Source of the DNA: Kofleriaceae bacterium
GTDB taxonomy: Bacteria > Myxococcota_A > Polyangia > Haliangiales > Haliangiaceae
Length of the DNA stretch: 25,844 nucleotides
Direction: 5' to 3'
Assembly: GCA_046597055.1 (NCBI GenBank)
Contig: JBKJLC010000061.1
Location: forward strand, 1 to 25,844
The notes beneath the pieces are model-generated. The model searched no databases. It was not told the origin of the DNA and was given only the letters and a program-made list of their open reading frames with translations. The first letter of the stretch is position 1. Each line of letters starts with the position of its first letter. This document shows positions 1 through 9,333 of the stretch, piece by piece. The position numbers and the translations under genes are program-made.

Positions 1-141
1 GCGCGCGGCGTCGCGGGCGGCGGGCTCGACGCGACCCTCGCGGATGAACTCCTTGAGCTTGGCCTCGTACGAGTGCGCCGCCTCGCGGTCGCCTTCACCC
101 TGGTTGGTCGGCTTGTCCCCGGTCTCATCGATAGGCTTCAT
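1..141 (-). CDS. Small hypothetical protein (NQGEG-motif type), partial, runs off the left edge
   Basis: Not in the ORF track. ATG at 141 preceded by GAGGA. Translates MKPIDETGDKPTNQGEGDREAAHSYEAKLKEFIREGRVEPAARDAAR..., open to the window edge with GC3-rich codons. A sigma54 motif lies just upstream. Confidence 0.7.
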   Translation of the reverse strand, partial: MKPIDETGDKPTNQGEGDREAAHSYEAKLKEFIREGRVEPAARDAAR

Positions 142-189
142 GGGAGTTCCTCTTGGTTCGAAGTAGCGGTCGGTAGCCATCTTGCGAGG

Positions 190-205
190 AGCACATCGCG
201 TGCCG
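190..205 (-). promoter_or_regulatory. sigma54 (-24/-12) promoter
   Basis: Minus strand CGGCACG-CGAT-GTGCT, with exact GG-N10-GC spacing, about 50 nt upstream of the ATG at 141. Confidence 0.6.
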
Positions 206-282
206 GATGTGTGCGCGAGAGATCCTGGTGGTCTAGCCTGTCACCTCGAGCGCCCATGCACGGGCGCCCACGCCCCCGTGCG

Positions 283-375
283 ATGTCGCGCGCCGCCGCG
301 CTCGGCAACACCCCGGCGGTGTGCCGGCGCAGCTACATCGATCCGGAGCTGGTCGATCGCGTCCTGCGCGGGTGA
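283..375 (+). pseudogene. DNA topoisomerase IB C-terminal remnant
   Basis: Translates ...AAALGNTPAVCRRSYIDPELVDRVLRG*. LGNTPAVCRxSYIxP is the catalytic-Tyr motif of bacterial type IB topoisomerases. The rest of the enzyme is absent upstream. Confidence 0.7.
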
Positions 376-459
376 CGCGGGCCGGTCGAACCGCCGCGGT
401 CGCCGCCGAACCGGCGCGGGAGCGCTTGGCGCCCGCGCGCGACGTGCGAAAGTCGGCGC

Positions 460-984
460 ATGCGCGACTCCCTGGTGCTCACTGTCATCGGACCGGATCG
501 CACGGGCCTGGTCGAGGCGCTCGCCGATCGGATCACGGCCGCGGGCGGCAACTGGGAGGCCAGCCACATGGCGCGCCTCGCCGGTCAGTTCGCCGGCATC
601 TTGCTGGTCACGATCGACCGCGCCCGCACCGACGCGCTGGTCGCCGAGCTGCGCGCGCTTGACGCGCGTGGTCTCCAGGTCGTCGCCCAGCCGGCCGAGG
701 TCGCGCCGGCGGTGACCGGGACCCGGGTCCAGCTGGCGTTGACCGGCGATGACCGGCCCGGCATCGTGCGCGACGTCGCGCGCATCCTCGCCGAGCGCGG
801 CGTCAACGTCGAGGAGCTCGAGTCCGAGGTCCAGAGCGCGCCGATGTCCGGCGAGGCCCTGTTCGTGGCCCGCGCGTTCCTGCGGGTGCCGCCGCATCTC
901 GCGCTCGCCGACCTGCGGCACAGCCTCGAAGGCCTCACCAGCGAGCTGATGGTGGACCTGTCGCCGCTCGACACCGGCGGCTGA
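460..984 (+). CDS. GcvR-like tandem ACT domain protein (glycine cleavage system transcriptional repressor family)
   Basis: Two ACT repeats (LTVIGPDRTGLV...; LTGDDRPGIV...GVNVEEL); 174 aa, typical length. Confidence 0.85.
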   Translation: MRDSLVLTVIGPDRTGLVEALADRITAAGGNWEASHMARLAGQFAGILLVTIDRARTDALVAELRALDARGLQVVAQPAEVAPAVTGTRVQLALTGDDRPGIVRDVARILAERGVNVEELESEVQSAPMSGEALFVARAFLRVPPHLALADLRHSLEGLTSELMVDLSPLDTGG

Positions 985-1037
985 TCAGCCCCGGCCCGGC
1001 CGGCGCTGACCGACCGACGCCGGTGCCTCAGCGGGCT

Positions 1038-4000
1038 TCAGGCCCGGCGCCGCCGGCGGCGGACCACCAGCGCGGCGACCAGCAGGCCGGCCGCGAGGTC
1101 CGTGCCGCGACCACCACCGGTGCTGCAGCAGCCGCCGCCGTCACCATCGGGCCCGGCCGGGTCGACCACGTCGGGGTTGCAGGCGTCGGCGTCGGCGCCC
1201 TGGACCGGGAACGGCGTGTTGGTGATGCCGACGACCTGGAGGTCGTCGATCGACCAGCCCGCCGCGCCCACACCAGCGTCGGTGCCGATGCGGAACCGCA
1301 GCCGGAAGGTCTTGCCGGCCAGCTGGGTTCCGAAGTCGAGCGTGAGCTGGTCGGTCGACGGGTACGCCGGATTGGTGCCACCGAAGGCGGTCTGGCCGCC
1401 GAGCGGGTTGCCGGACTCGCCGCCGAGCGTGGCGTTGTACGCCACCGTGGTCAGGGTCGACACGTCGGCCCAGGTCGCGCCGTCGTCGGTCGAGATCTCG
1501 ATGACGCCACCGTCGTAGTAGATGCCGTCGTCGCCGAGCTCGAACTGGAACGCGTGATTCAACACGACCGCGACCGTGCCCGGACCGGCGATCAGCGCCG
1601 GCGACACCAGCATCGTGTCGCTGGTGGTGCCGAGGTCGGCGCCATGCCAGTAACGATCGAGCGCGGTGGTCGACGCGAGCTTCCACGCGACCGTCGCGTC
1701 CTCCCCCGTCGGGGTCCACGGCGAACCCGCCGCGTCCATGCTGTCGGTCGCCGACGCCGCGGCCTGGTCGTCGGCCGCGAGCCGGACCGGCATCGCGATC
1801 GACCGGGTCTCGGTGCAAGCACCCGGCGAGGCGATGGTGACGTCCAGCATGCCGGCGGCCGGGCCGGTCGCGGCGTCGAGGCGGACCTGGAAGGTCGCGG
1901 TCGCGCTGGCATACGGCGCCAGCGCTGCGATCGAGACCGGCGCGGTGACGACGGTGAGCCCCGGCGTCGTGGTCGCGACCGTGACGGTCAGGTTGGCCAG
2001 CGCCGCGGCGCCCGAGTTGACGACCGGGACGGTGATGGTCGCGGTCTCGCCGACGTCGAGGGTGCTGTCTTCGTCGCAGTCGGTCACGTCGACCGCCAGG
2101 CTGGTAACCCCGGTGGCAGCGTGGCCCCTGACGTCGAAGCTCTCGACGGTGCCGAGGAAGTCGTCGGAGGTCCGCGCCGGCGACACCGCGCACGAGCCGA
2201 GGCCACGCCGCGCGAAGGCCGCGGCCAGGACGGTGTGGTCGGCCGGGCTCGCCGCCTGGGTCGCCGCCAGGATGGAGTCACGGATCTCGGTGAAGGTCCC
2301 GTCCGGAGGTGCCATCAAGAGGCCACCGACGATGTAGCGCATCATCTTGCGGCGGACTTCGTCGAAGGTCGCGGTGCCGCGCTCCTGCTGGAGCGCGATG
2401 TAGCCCTCCCACAAGATGGTCGCCCACACCTCGCCGGCGTTGTGAACCTCCGAGTTGGGGCCGCCGCCCGAGGTCGGGTGGCTGGTCGGCAAGGGCACGC
2501 CATCGGCGACCATGCCGAACGTCACGGCGTTCTTTCGCAGATCGGTCGAGTACGGCACCCGGCGGATGCCGAAGTACGGGTCGCCGTTGAAGGCGTAGCC
2601 GCTGAGCGAGTAGACCCCGGCCAGGTTGTCGCCGGACCGCGCCATCATGTGCATGGCGAGGAAGTCGGCCCAGCCCTCGCTCATCCCGCCGCACTGCGCG
2701 GTGCCGCACAGGCTCAGGCGGTGGTGCAGGTAGTGGCCGAACTCGTGGGCGACCAGGCCGCCGTCGAGCGCGCCGTCCGACTCCACGCCAACCCGGCGGT
2801 GCATGACCATGGACACCGCGCCCGCGGTGAGGTCCGCGCGCAGCGCGACGCCGTCGTCGTAGCCGACCGACATCGCCGGGATCGTGATCGCGTCGGTGAT
2901 CGCGGTGTCGTTGGGCAGCCCCGGCGCCGGGCTGTTGACGACGTTGTGCGCGATAACCACGCCGACCGCGCCGGCGGTCTGGGCGTTGAGCGCCTTGCGC
3001 TTGCCGGTGCAGTTGCCACGCTCGAGCAAGACGATCTTGCCGGCGACCGCGGCCGCGTTGGTCAGCGCCTCGCAGCCGTCGCCCATCGAGACGCCGGTGC
3101 CGTCGGTGCCGAGCACCAGGTCGTCGGTGAGATCGTAGTTGGGCGGACCGTAGGACGCGGGGCGCGTGGCCGGGACTCGGTTGGTCGGCTGCACCGTGAG
3201 GGTGCGGTCCTCTGCGCCGCTCCACAGGTAGACCTGCATGCGGGGCGCCATGCCGTCGTCGGGCGTCGACATGTTGGCGTTGTTGCGGTTGCCCGCGTTG
3301 GCGCCGTCCTGGGCCTCGGCGCGAAGGGCGTCGCCGCCGGTCCCGCCACGCCCGAAGTTGTTGACCTGGCCATTGCCCGCCGCCTCGGTGAAGCCCGCGT
3401 CGTACCAGTCATCGTGCAGCCAGTTGATGCTGTAGAAGAGCTGGGTGATCGCGGCCTGCTGCTGCGCGTTCGAGGCGATCGGGCTGACCGCCGTGTCGTA
3501 GACGCGGTCGAAATTGCCGGCCGAGGTGACCGAGGCGCGGAAGTCGCCCTCGCTCAGGCCGGTCGGCGAGTTGATGTCGGTGTACGCGTCGACGTTGTTG
3601 CCGGTGGTCTCGGTGGCGTCGTCGGTCAGCCACGGGTCGGGGGTGCCGCCGCCCCGGTTGTTGAGGCCGGTGACCGAGATCAGCGACGGGGCGACGAACG
3701 GCGGGCGCGCCGCGCCGGGCGTGCCGCTCGGGTGCGGCGAGAAGTCGGAGACCGGACCGTCCCACGGGCGGTAGTCGGCGGTGGTGTCGGCCCACACGCG
3801 GTAGTTGAAGGCATCGACGGTGAGGTCGCGCCGGGCCAGCACCCGCCCGTCACGCGCGCCGATCACCATGCGATAGGCGAGCCCATCGGTGGAGTCGTCG
3901 CTCGAGGTGTAGGCCTCGACGACCCACGCCGGCACCAGCGCGTTGCCATCGCGGTGCCACAGCTTGCGGGCGCGAGCCTCCTCGACAGCCACGTCGGCGA

Positions 4001-4625
4001 CCTGGCCCTGGAACCAGGCGACGTCGTCGGTGGTGCGGGCGCCAGCCGCAGCCGGGCGCGCGCGCAGGCCGGCGCTGATGTCGACGCCATGCAGCTCGTG
4101 GATCGCGCGGGCGACCGCGGCGGCAGCGTCGAGCTTGAAGCCGGTACGATCGCGCGCGATGTCGGCCGGGACCACGGTGCCGGCCGCGGCGACCAGCGAC
4201 CCGCCGGGGCCGACCAGGACCCGCAGCTCACCGGCGTCGACGGTCACGCCGTCGATCGCCTGGCGCAGCCGCACGATGCTGCCGCCGCCGACCGCGACGG
4301 TCGCCAGCGGGGTCAGCTCGGCGGTGCCACCGGGCGCGCCCCACGCCGGCGCGAGCCGGCCGACCAGGGTGACCGCCGAGGCGGCCGGGGTGGCGGCGGG
4401 CGCCGCCGGGACGCTGCCACCGCGCCAGAGGCGGGCAACCGCCTCGGTGGTGCCTGAAGCGGCGCTCGTCATCGGAACGGCAACGCCGACCGGTTCGGCC
4501 GTCCGCGTCGGTGCGGTGTCAGCGCATGCGACCAGCGCTCCTGCCGTCAGGCCGGACGTCCACAACCCCAGAAAGCGACGCAAGTTTCCGCGAGTTCTCA
4601 TCGGGTGCGACGATACACGTCCCAT
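1038..4625 (-). CDS. M36 (fungalysin-like) metallopeptidase with PA domain and MYXO-CTERM sorting signal
   Basis: HEFGH zinc motif followed by GGMSEGWADF, GIRRVPYS and EVHNAGEVW; PA insert (GKIVLLERGNC...AQTAGAVGVVI); C-terminus GCCSTG, hydrophobic helix, RRRRRR. Start could be 4625 or 4601. Confidence 0.9.
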   Translation of the reverse strand: MGRVSSHPMRTRGNLRRFLGLWTSGLTAGALVACADTAPTRTAEPVGVAVPMTSAASGTTEAVARLWRGGSVPAAPAATPAASAVTLVGRLAPAWGAPGGTAELTPLATVAVGGGSIVRLRQAIDGVTVDAGELRVLVGPGGSLVAAAGTVVPADIARDRTGFKLDAAAAVARAIHELHGVDISAGLRARPAAAGARTTDDVAWFQGQVADVAVEEARARKLWHRDGNALVPAWVVEAYTSSDDSTDGLAYRMVIGARDGRVLARRDLTVDAFNYRVWADTTADYRPWDGPVSDFSPHPSGTPGAARPPFVAPSLISVTGLNNRGGGTPDPWLTDDATETTGNNVDAYTDINSPTGLSEGDFRASVTSAGNFDRVYDTAVSPIASNAQQQAAITQLFYSINWLHDDWYDAGFTEAAGNGQVNNFGRGGTGGDALRAEAQDGANAGNRNNANMSTPDDGMAPRMQVYLWSGAEDRTLTVQPTNRVPATRPASYGPPNYDLTDDLVLGTDGTGVSMGDGCEALTNAAAVAGKIVLLERGNCTGKRKALNAQTAGAVGVVIAHNVVNSPAPGLPNDTAITDAITIPAMSVGYDDGVALRADLTAGAVSMVMHRRVGVESDGALDGGLVAHEFGHYLHHRLSLCGTAQCGGMSEGWADFLAMHMMARSGDNLAGVYSLSGYAFNGDPYFGIRRVPYSTDLRKNAVTFGMVADGVPLPTSHPTSGGGPNSEVHNAGEVWATILWEGYIALQQERGTATFDEVRRKMMRYIVGGLLMAPPDGTFTEIRDSILAATQAASPADHTVLAAAFARRGLGSCAVSPARTSDDFLGTVESFDVRGHAATGVTSLAVDVTDCDEDSTLDVGETATITVPVVNSGAAALANLTVTVATTTPGLTVVTAPVSIAALAPYASATATFQVRLDAATGPAAGMLDVTIASPGACTETRSIAMPVRLAADDQAAASATDSMDAAGSPWTPTGEDATVAWKLASTTALDRYWHGADLGTTSDTMLVSPALIAGPGTVAVVLNHAFQFELGDDGIYYDGGVIEISTDDGATWADVSTLTTVAYNATLGGESGNPLGGQTAFGGTNPAYPSTDQLTLDFGTQLAGKTFRLRFRIGTDAGVGAAGWSIDDLQVVGITNTPFPVQGADADACNPDVVDPAGPDGDGGGCCSTGGGRGTDLAAGLLVAALVVRRRRRRA

Positions 4626-4716
4626 GATGTCTCACTTCGAGCCCTCCCTGAAGGACGCTGACAATGGTTGCGTACCTAGCTGCTCCCTCGACCACGCAAC
4701 GTGGGCTACCTCATCA

Positions 4717-4833
4717 CTATTTTGGCGAGTGACACGCGAAGCATGAGAAGCCGTCGGGGTGCTGCGCGCTCGCGAGCGGTTGGATGAGCATGGTCGCCAT
4801 GGTCGCCATCGTCGGCGTCACCTGCTCGCGCAT
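4717..4833 (-). pseudogene. 38-aa micro-ORF or remnant ending in a CxxCH heme-binding motif
   Basis: MREQVTPTMATMATMLIQPLASAQHPDGFSCFACHSPK*; includes a 9-bp tandem duplication (ATGGCGACC x2). Not in the ORF track. Confidence 0.5.
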
Positions 4834-4872
4834 GAACGCCGTGATCGCTTGGCCGCGTCCGATGGGTCGGCT

Positions 4873-6039
4873 TCAGCGCCGCTCGTGGCCGCGGTGCCAC
4901 GTCTCGATCAGCAAGTCGAGGAGCTGCTCGTGGGCAACCGCCGCGTAGCAGAGCGAGCTGGTCGCCAGCACCACCAGGCTCACGTGGATGGCGATCGTGA
5001 CGGCGCCCGGTCGGCCGCGGCGCCGGGCCTGCGCCAGCGCCGCGCCTGACAACCAGGTGATCGCGAGCGCACCGGCGAGGATCGTCTGGATCCCGCGCGC
5101 TGCAAGCTGGTTGCCGGTCTCCGCGATCAGCCCGAGCACCAGCGCGACCGGGACCAGGAACAACGCCTCGATCGGCGGGGGCCACAGCGCCCGCGCCGCC
5201 GCGCGCCAGCTGCCAGCGCGCCGGCGCAGCGCGATCATCGCGACCAGCCCGCACAGCGCGAGCGCGACCCGCGCGGCGATCGCGAGCCACCAGCGAGTCC
5301 GCGCCCACGCCAGATCGGCGCGTGCATCGACCACCGCCGCCACCGCCAGCGCGTCGGGCGGCACCAGCCGCCGGTACGCCGCGTCAGCCGCGGCGAACGC
5401 GCCCTGCTCGGTCAGGAGGTCGGCCCGCGCGAACCCGGCGCGGAAGCGCTCGGCCGGATCGCGGGCCGCGCCCAGCGCGCGCTCCAGCCAGCGCCCCGCG
5501 CGCGTGCGCTCGCCGACCCGCGCCCAGCTCTCACCGAGCCACAGCGCGGCGGCGAACCAGCGCGGATACTCCGGGTTGCCGTCGAGCACGGTCTCCAGCT
5601 CGCGCAGGCTGGCGGTTGGGTCCTCGGCCGCGGCGGCCGCGCGCTCGAGCCGGCCGTGCGCGGCAGCCACCGCATCCCACTGCCCGCCCCGACCGCCCGC
5701 GGTCTCCAGCGCGGCGAGCCGGGGGCCGGCCCGGCGGCCCGGGGTGCCGTCGGGGTACTGCTCGCTCACCTGGCGCCACAGCGCGCGCGCCGCGGCGAGG
5801 TCGCCCTGCCGCTCGGCGATGGCGGCGGCCTCGGCCAGCGCGTCGTCGGCCCAGCGGCCGGCGGGCGCGGCGCGGGCCAGCGCCTCGAAGTCGGTCCGGG
5901 CCCCGGACAGGTCACCCGCGCCGAGCTTGCGGGTCGCCGCGACCCAGGCCGCCTCGTCGAGCTGATCGTCGGCCGCGGCCGATGGCGCCGCCAGCGCGAT
6001 CATCGCCGCCAGCACGAGCCCGGCCCGCCTGGTCACCAC
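4873..6039 (-). CDS. Signal peptide plus TPR-like repeats plus C-terminal multi-TM membrane protein
   Basis: GGAG precedes GTG at 6039; hydrophobic signal ending PSAAA; TPR-like helices (WADDALAEAA...ARALWRQVSEQYP); about 4 hydrophobic segments at the C-terminus. Confidence 0.7.
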   Translation of the reverse strand: MVTRRAGLVLAAMIALAAPSAAADDQLDEAAWVAATRKLGAGDLSGARTDFEALARAAPAGRWADDALAEAAAIAERQGDLAAARALWRQVSEQYPDGTPGRRAGPRLAALETAGGRGGQWDAVAAAHGRLERAAAAAEDPTASLRELETVLDGNPEYPRWFAAALWLGESWARVGERTRAGRWLERALGAARDPAERFRAGFARADLLTEQGAFAAADAAYRRLVPPDALAVAAVVDARADLAWARTRWWLAIAARVALALCGLVAMIALRRRAGSWRAAARALWPPPIEALFLVPVALVLGLIAETGNQLAARGIQTILAGALAITWLSGAALAQARRRGRPGAVTIAIHVSLVVLATSSLCYAAVAHEQLLDLLIETWHRGHERR

Positions 6040-6187
6040 CGGGCGCTCCGCGGCGCGCGGCCAGCATCGACGGAGCGTGGGCCCATCACGCCGGGCAGAT
6101 TCGTACGCCCGCGGCCGGCGTGCAAGGCGGAGCACGACCGGTGCGCGGCCCTACCGCGCCAGGGCGGACGGCATGCGCTTCACGTGC

Positions 6188-6823
6188 TCAGCCCGCGCGG
6201 TCGAGCTTGGCTGGCGTCGGCTGACGATGGATCACGATGAGCTCGGCGGCGTCGCGCAGCAGATCGACCCGGTTGATCTGCACCCGGATCACCTCGAACC
6301 CGAGACGCGCGGTGAGGTCGGCATGGAGCGCCTGCTCCTTGCCGGGGTGGAGCAGCGACAGGTTGTCGTACAGGAACGGGGTCGAGCCCTGCCGGCGCGC
6401 CGACGGTGTCAGCTCGAGCAGCGCGGTGATCCCGACGATCATGCCGTTGACCAGCAGCAGCTCGGCGGCGCTGACCTTGCGGTTGGCGACGCCGTTCAGG
6501 ATGCCGAGCCCGATCATGATGAACAGGTAGGTCAGATCGCGCATCCGGATCTCCTCGGTCCGGTAGCGCAGGATCCCGAACACCGCGAACAACCCGAGCG
6601 CGAAGCCGAGCTCCATCGGCACCTTGCGCAGGAGCACGCACATCGAGAACGTCATCAGGTTGAAGACGAAGTACGTGAAGACGAACTCGCGGTTCTTGTA
6701 GATCCGGTAGTAGACCGCGAGGATCACGAGCGACGCGAACCCGAGGTTGACCCCCAGTCGCGAGACCAGCTTGAGGAAGTCGCCGACGTCGATGAAGTTT
6801 TCGGTTCCCAGCAGCTCGTTCAC
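6188..6823 (-). CDS. DUF4956 domain-containing membrane protein
   Basis: GFALGLFAVFGILRYRTEEI...DLTYLF motif; directly downstream of a VTC-domain gene, its usual partner. Confidence 0.85.
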   Translation of the reverse strand: MNELLGTENFIDVGDFLKLVSRLGVNLGFASLVILAVYYRIYKNREFVFTYFVFNLMTFSMCVLLRKVPMELGFALGLFAVFGILRYRTEEIRMRDLTYLFIMIGLGILNGVANRKVSAAELLLVNGMIVGITALLELTPSARRQGSTPFLYDNLSLLHPGKEQALHADLTARLGFEVIRVQINRVDLLRDAAELIVIHRQPTPAKLDRAG

Positions 6824-6825
6824 GC

Positions 6826-7617
6826 CTACCTTCTTTCGATCGCCCGCAGGTCGGCCAGCAGGCGGTTGCGCGGCAGCGCCGGATTCAGCATCGCGGTCGC
6901 GACCGTGTACTTGCTCATCGAGCGCTCGCGCAGGCCGGCGTCCTGGATCGCGCGCATCACCGGCGTCCGCGACGAGTACGGCGCCTGCTTGACCTCGATC
7001 ACGACCAGCTCGTCGAAGCCCCAGCGCGCGCCGCCGAGCTCGTGCGCCATGAGGCCGAGGTCGATGGTCACCCGCTCGTTGTCGGCAAGCCCGACCAGGC
7101 TCACCCGCTGGAAGTCGATCCGCATGATGGGCTGCAGCGCGTCGACCGGCAGGGTCATGCGGGTACGCAAGAAGGCGAGCTCGGCCGGCCCCAGCTGCTC
7201 CTCGCCGTAGCGCAGCGGCATCCGCCCCTTGTCGGTCACCAGCTCGTTGCGCTTGGTCTTGACCTCGAGAAAGCTCAGCTCGCGATCCGGGTAGTGGCGG
7301 ATTCGGATCTTGTGGCGGATCCGCCGGCCGCGGCGGTGATCGTGGAAGCAGACCCGGTCGGGGGTGTCGAAGTAGAGGCTGCGGTAATGGGCGACGTTGC
7401 CCGACGGCACCGGCAGCGCCTCATAATGAGGGAGCATGGGCTCGATCAACCCGAGCACCTGCCGCGCGTCGGCGACGAACTTGGTGTCGACCCGGCGCAG
7501 CAGGTCGCGGCCACGCGACAGCTCGAGCGAGGCGGTCGCGAACCGGTTGGCCGCGGCCGCGACCAGGCCGGTCAGCTCGCCGGGCGCGGCGCTGGGGGCC
7601 CGGGTGCGGAGGCTCAT
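6826..7617 (-). CDS. Polyphosphate polymerase (VTC/CYTH-like) domain protein
   Basis: LLRRVDTKF, YRSLYFDTPD, RHKIRIRHY, FLEVKTK, ERVTID, VIEVK and SKY motifs. ATG at 7617 preferred over the upstream start. Confidence 0.85.
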   Translation of the reverse strand: MSLRTRAPSAAPGELTGLVAAAANRFATASLELSRGRDLLRRVDTKFVADARQVLGLIEPMLPHYEALPVPSGNVAHYRSLYFDTPDRVCFHDHRRGRRIRHKIRIRHYPDRELSFLEVKTKRNELVTDKGRMPLRYGEEQLGPAELAFLRTRMTLPVDALQPIMRIDFQRVSLVGLADNERVTIDLGLMAHELGGARWGFDELVVIEVKQAPYSSRTPVMRAIQDAGLRERSMSKYTVATAMLNPALPRNRLLADLRAIERR

Positions 7618-7628
7618 ATGCGCACTAC

Positions 7629-7668
7629 GTGACAGCTCGGATGCATGCTGGTGACACCCCCGTGAGGG
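7629..7668 (-). promoter_or_regulatory. Pho-box-like direct repeats in 11-bp register
   Basis: Minus-strand heptamers CCCTCAC (7668-7662), GTGTCAC (7657-7651) and CTGTCAC (7635-7629), spaced 11 and 22 bp, immediately upstream of the VTC gene. Confidence 0.4.
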
Positions 7669-7909
7669 CAATCTTAAGCTGCATCGAGCGCCGTGGGGCG
7701 GCGCCAAGCGTGAGTCCCCATGTAGGTCTCGTCACATTCGGGTGCGCTGGCGCGTCACCCCGCCGGCACCGCCTGCGGCGCGGCCGACGACGGCCGTGGC
7801 GACGTCGTAGCTCGCGGGCGTCGCCGCGCCCGTCCCCAGCGCGCGTCGGAACTCGGCGGACGGCAGGTCGAGGGGAACCCGCGGCCACGCCGGCGACGTC
7901 AGGCGAAGG

Positions 7910-8539
<630 letters not shown>

Positions 8540-8610
8540 CGCGCGCCGCGGTGCCCGCCCACGCTCGAGCGCACGCTGGCGCGGTCACACCCCCGGGGCA
8601 TAGTGCCGCG

Positions 8611-9261
8611 GTGACACGCCTCCGCGTCCTCGAGACCCACATCGCCGCGCTGCGGCAGTGTCGCGCGTGCCCCGACATGATCGGGCCGGTGGTGAGCGGA
8701 GGCGCGGTGCTCTCGCCCGTGATGTTGATCGGCCAGGCCCCCGGGACCAAGGAAGGTCCGGCCGGCAAGCCGTTCGCCTGGACCGCTGGCAAGACGATGT
8801 TCCGGTGGTTCGAGGAGATCGGCGTCGACGAGACGTCGTTCCGGAGTCGCATCTACATGGCGGCCGTGTGCCGGTGTTTCCCCGGCAAGGATCCCAAGGG
8901 CAAGGGCGGCGACCGGGTCCCGGCCCCCGCCGAGATCGCGCGCTGCGGGGGGCACCTGCAGACCGAGGTCGCGGTGCTCCGGCCGCGGCTGGTCATCCCG
9001 GTCGGCAAGCTCGCGATCGCGCAGCTGCTACCCCACGCCAACCAGCTGGCCGACGTGGTGGGCACGCTGCACCGGGTCATGTTCCACGAGGTCGCGGTCG
9101 ACGTCGTGCCCCTGCCCCACCCCTCGGGCGCTTCGACCTGGCACCGGATGGAGCCGGGCAAGACCTTGCTCGCCCGCGCCCTGCAGGTCATCAGCGCACA
9201 CGAGGCCTTCGCAGAGGTCCGCCGCGGCACCGGCCCGACCCGCGCCACCGCCCGCGGCTAG
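8611..9261 (+). CDS. Uracil-DNA glycosylase superfamily protein (family 4/5-like, probable Fe-S)
   Basis: CRAC, IGQAPG, VCRCFPG...DRVP...EI..C and LPHPSG motifs. GTG at 8611 is the likely start. Confidence 0.85.
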   Translation: MTRLRVLETHIAALRQCRACPDMIGPVVSGGAVLSPVMLIGQAPGTKEGPAGKPFAWTAGKTMFRWFEEIGVDETSFRSRIYMAAVCRCFPGKDPKGKGGDRVPAPAEIARCGGHLQTEVAVLRPRLVIPVGKLAIAQLLPHANQLADVVGTLHRVMFHEVAVDVVPLPHPSGASTWHRMEPGKTLLARALQVISAHEAFAEVRRGTGPTRATARG

Positions 9262-9333
9262 CCCTCTCCCTCTCCGCGCTCAACCCCTTCTCCGCGTGGA
9301 CACCAACCCGCCCCTCGGGCGAACGTCCCCCGG

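Noticed and set aside
1023..4457. 1144-aa + strand ORF, and similar long ORFs such as 17258..19849(-), 13002..14684(+), 8658..10670(+) and 22627..24684(+)
   Set aside because: Shadow or alternate-frame ORFs over well-supported genes; Arg/Gly/Ala/Pro-rich with no motifs, as expected in high-GC DNA.
4873..4875. Selenocysteine recoding of the TGA before the CxxCH peptide
   Set aside because: No convincing SECIS-like hairpin directly downstream, and no Cys-equivalent redox context. The upstream gene ends naturally in a charged tail.
4706..5308. ORF with a His/Asp-rich tail (DDGDHGDHAH)
   Set aside because: Alternate frame overlapping the TPR gene. The His/Asp pattern is a by-product of the 9-bp duplication in the CxxCH frame.
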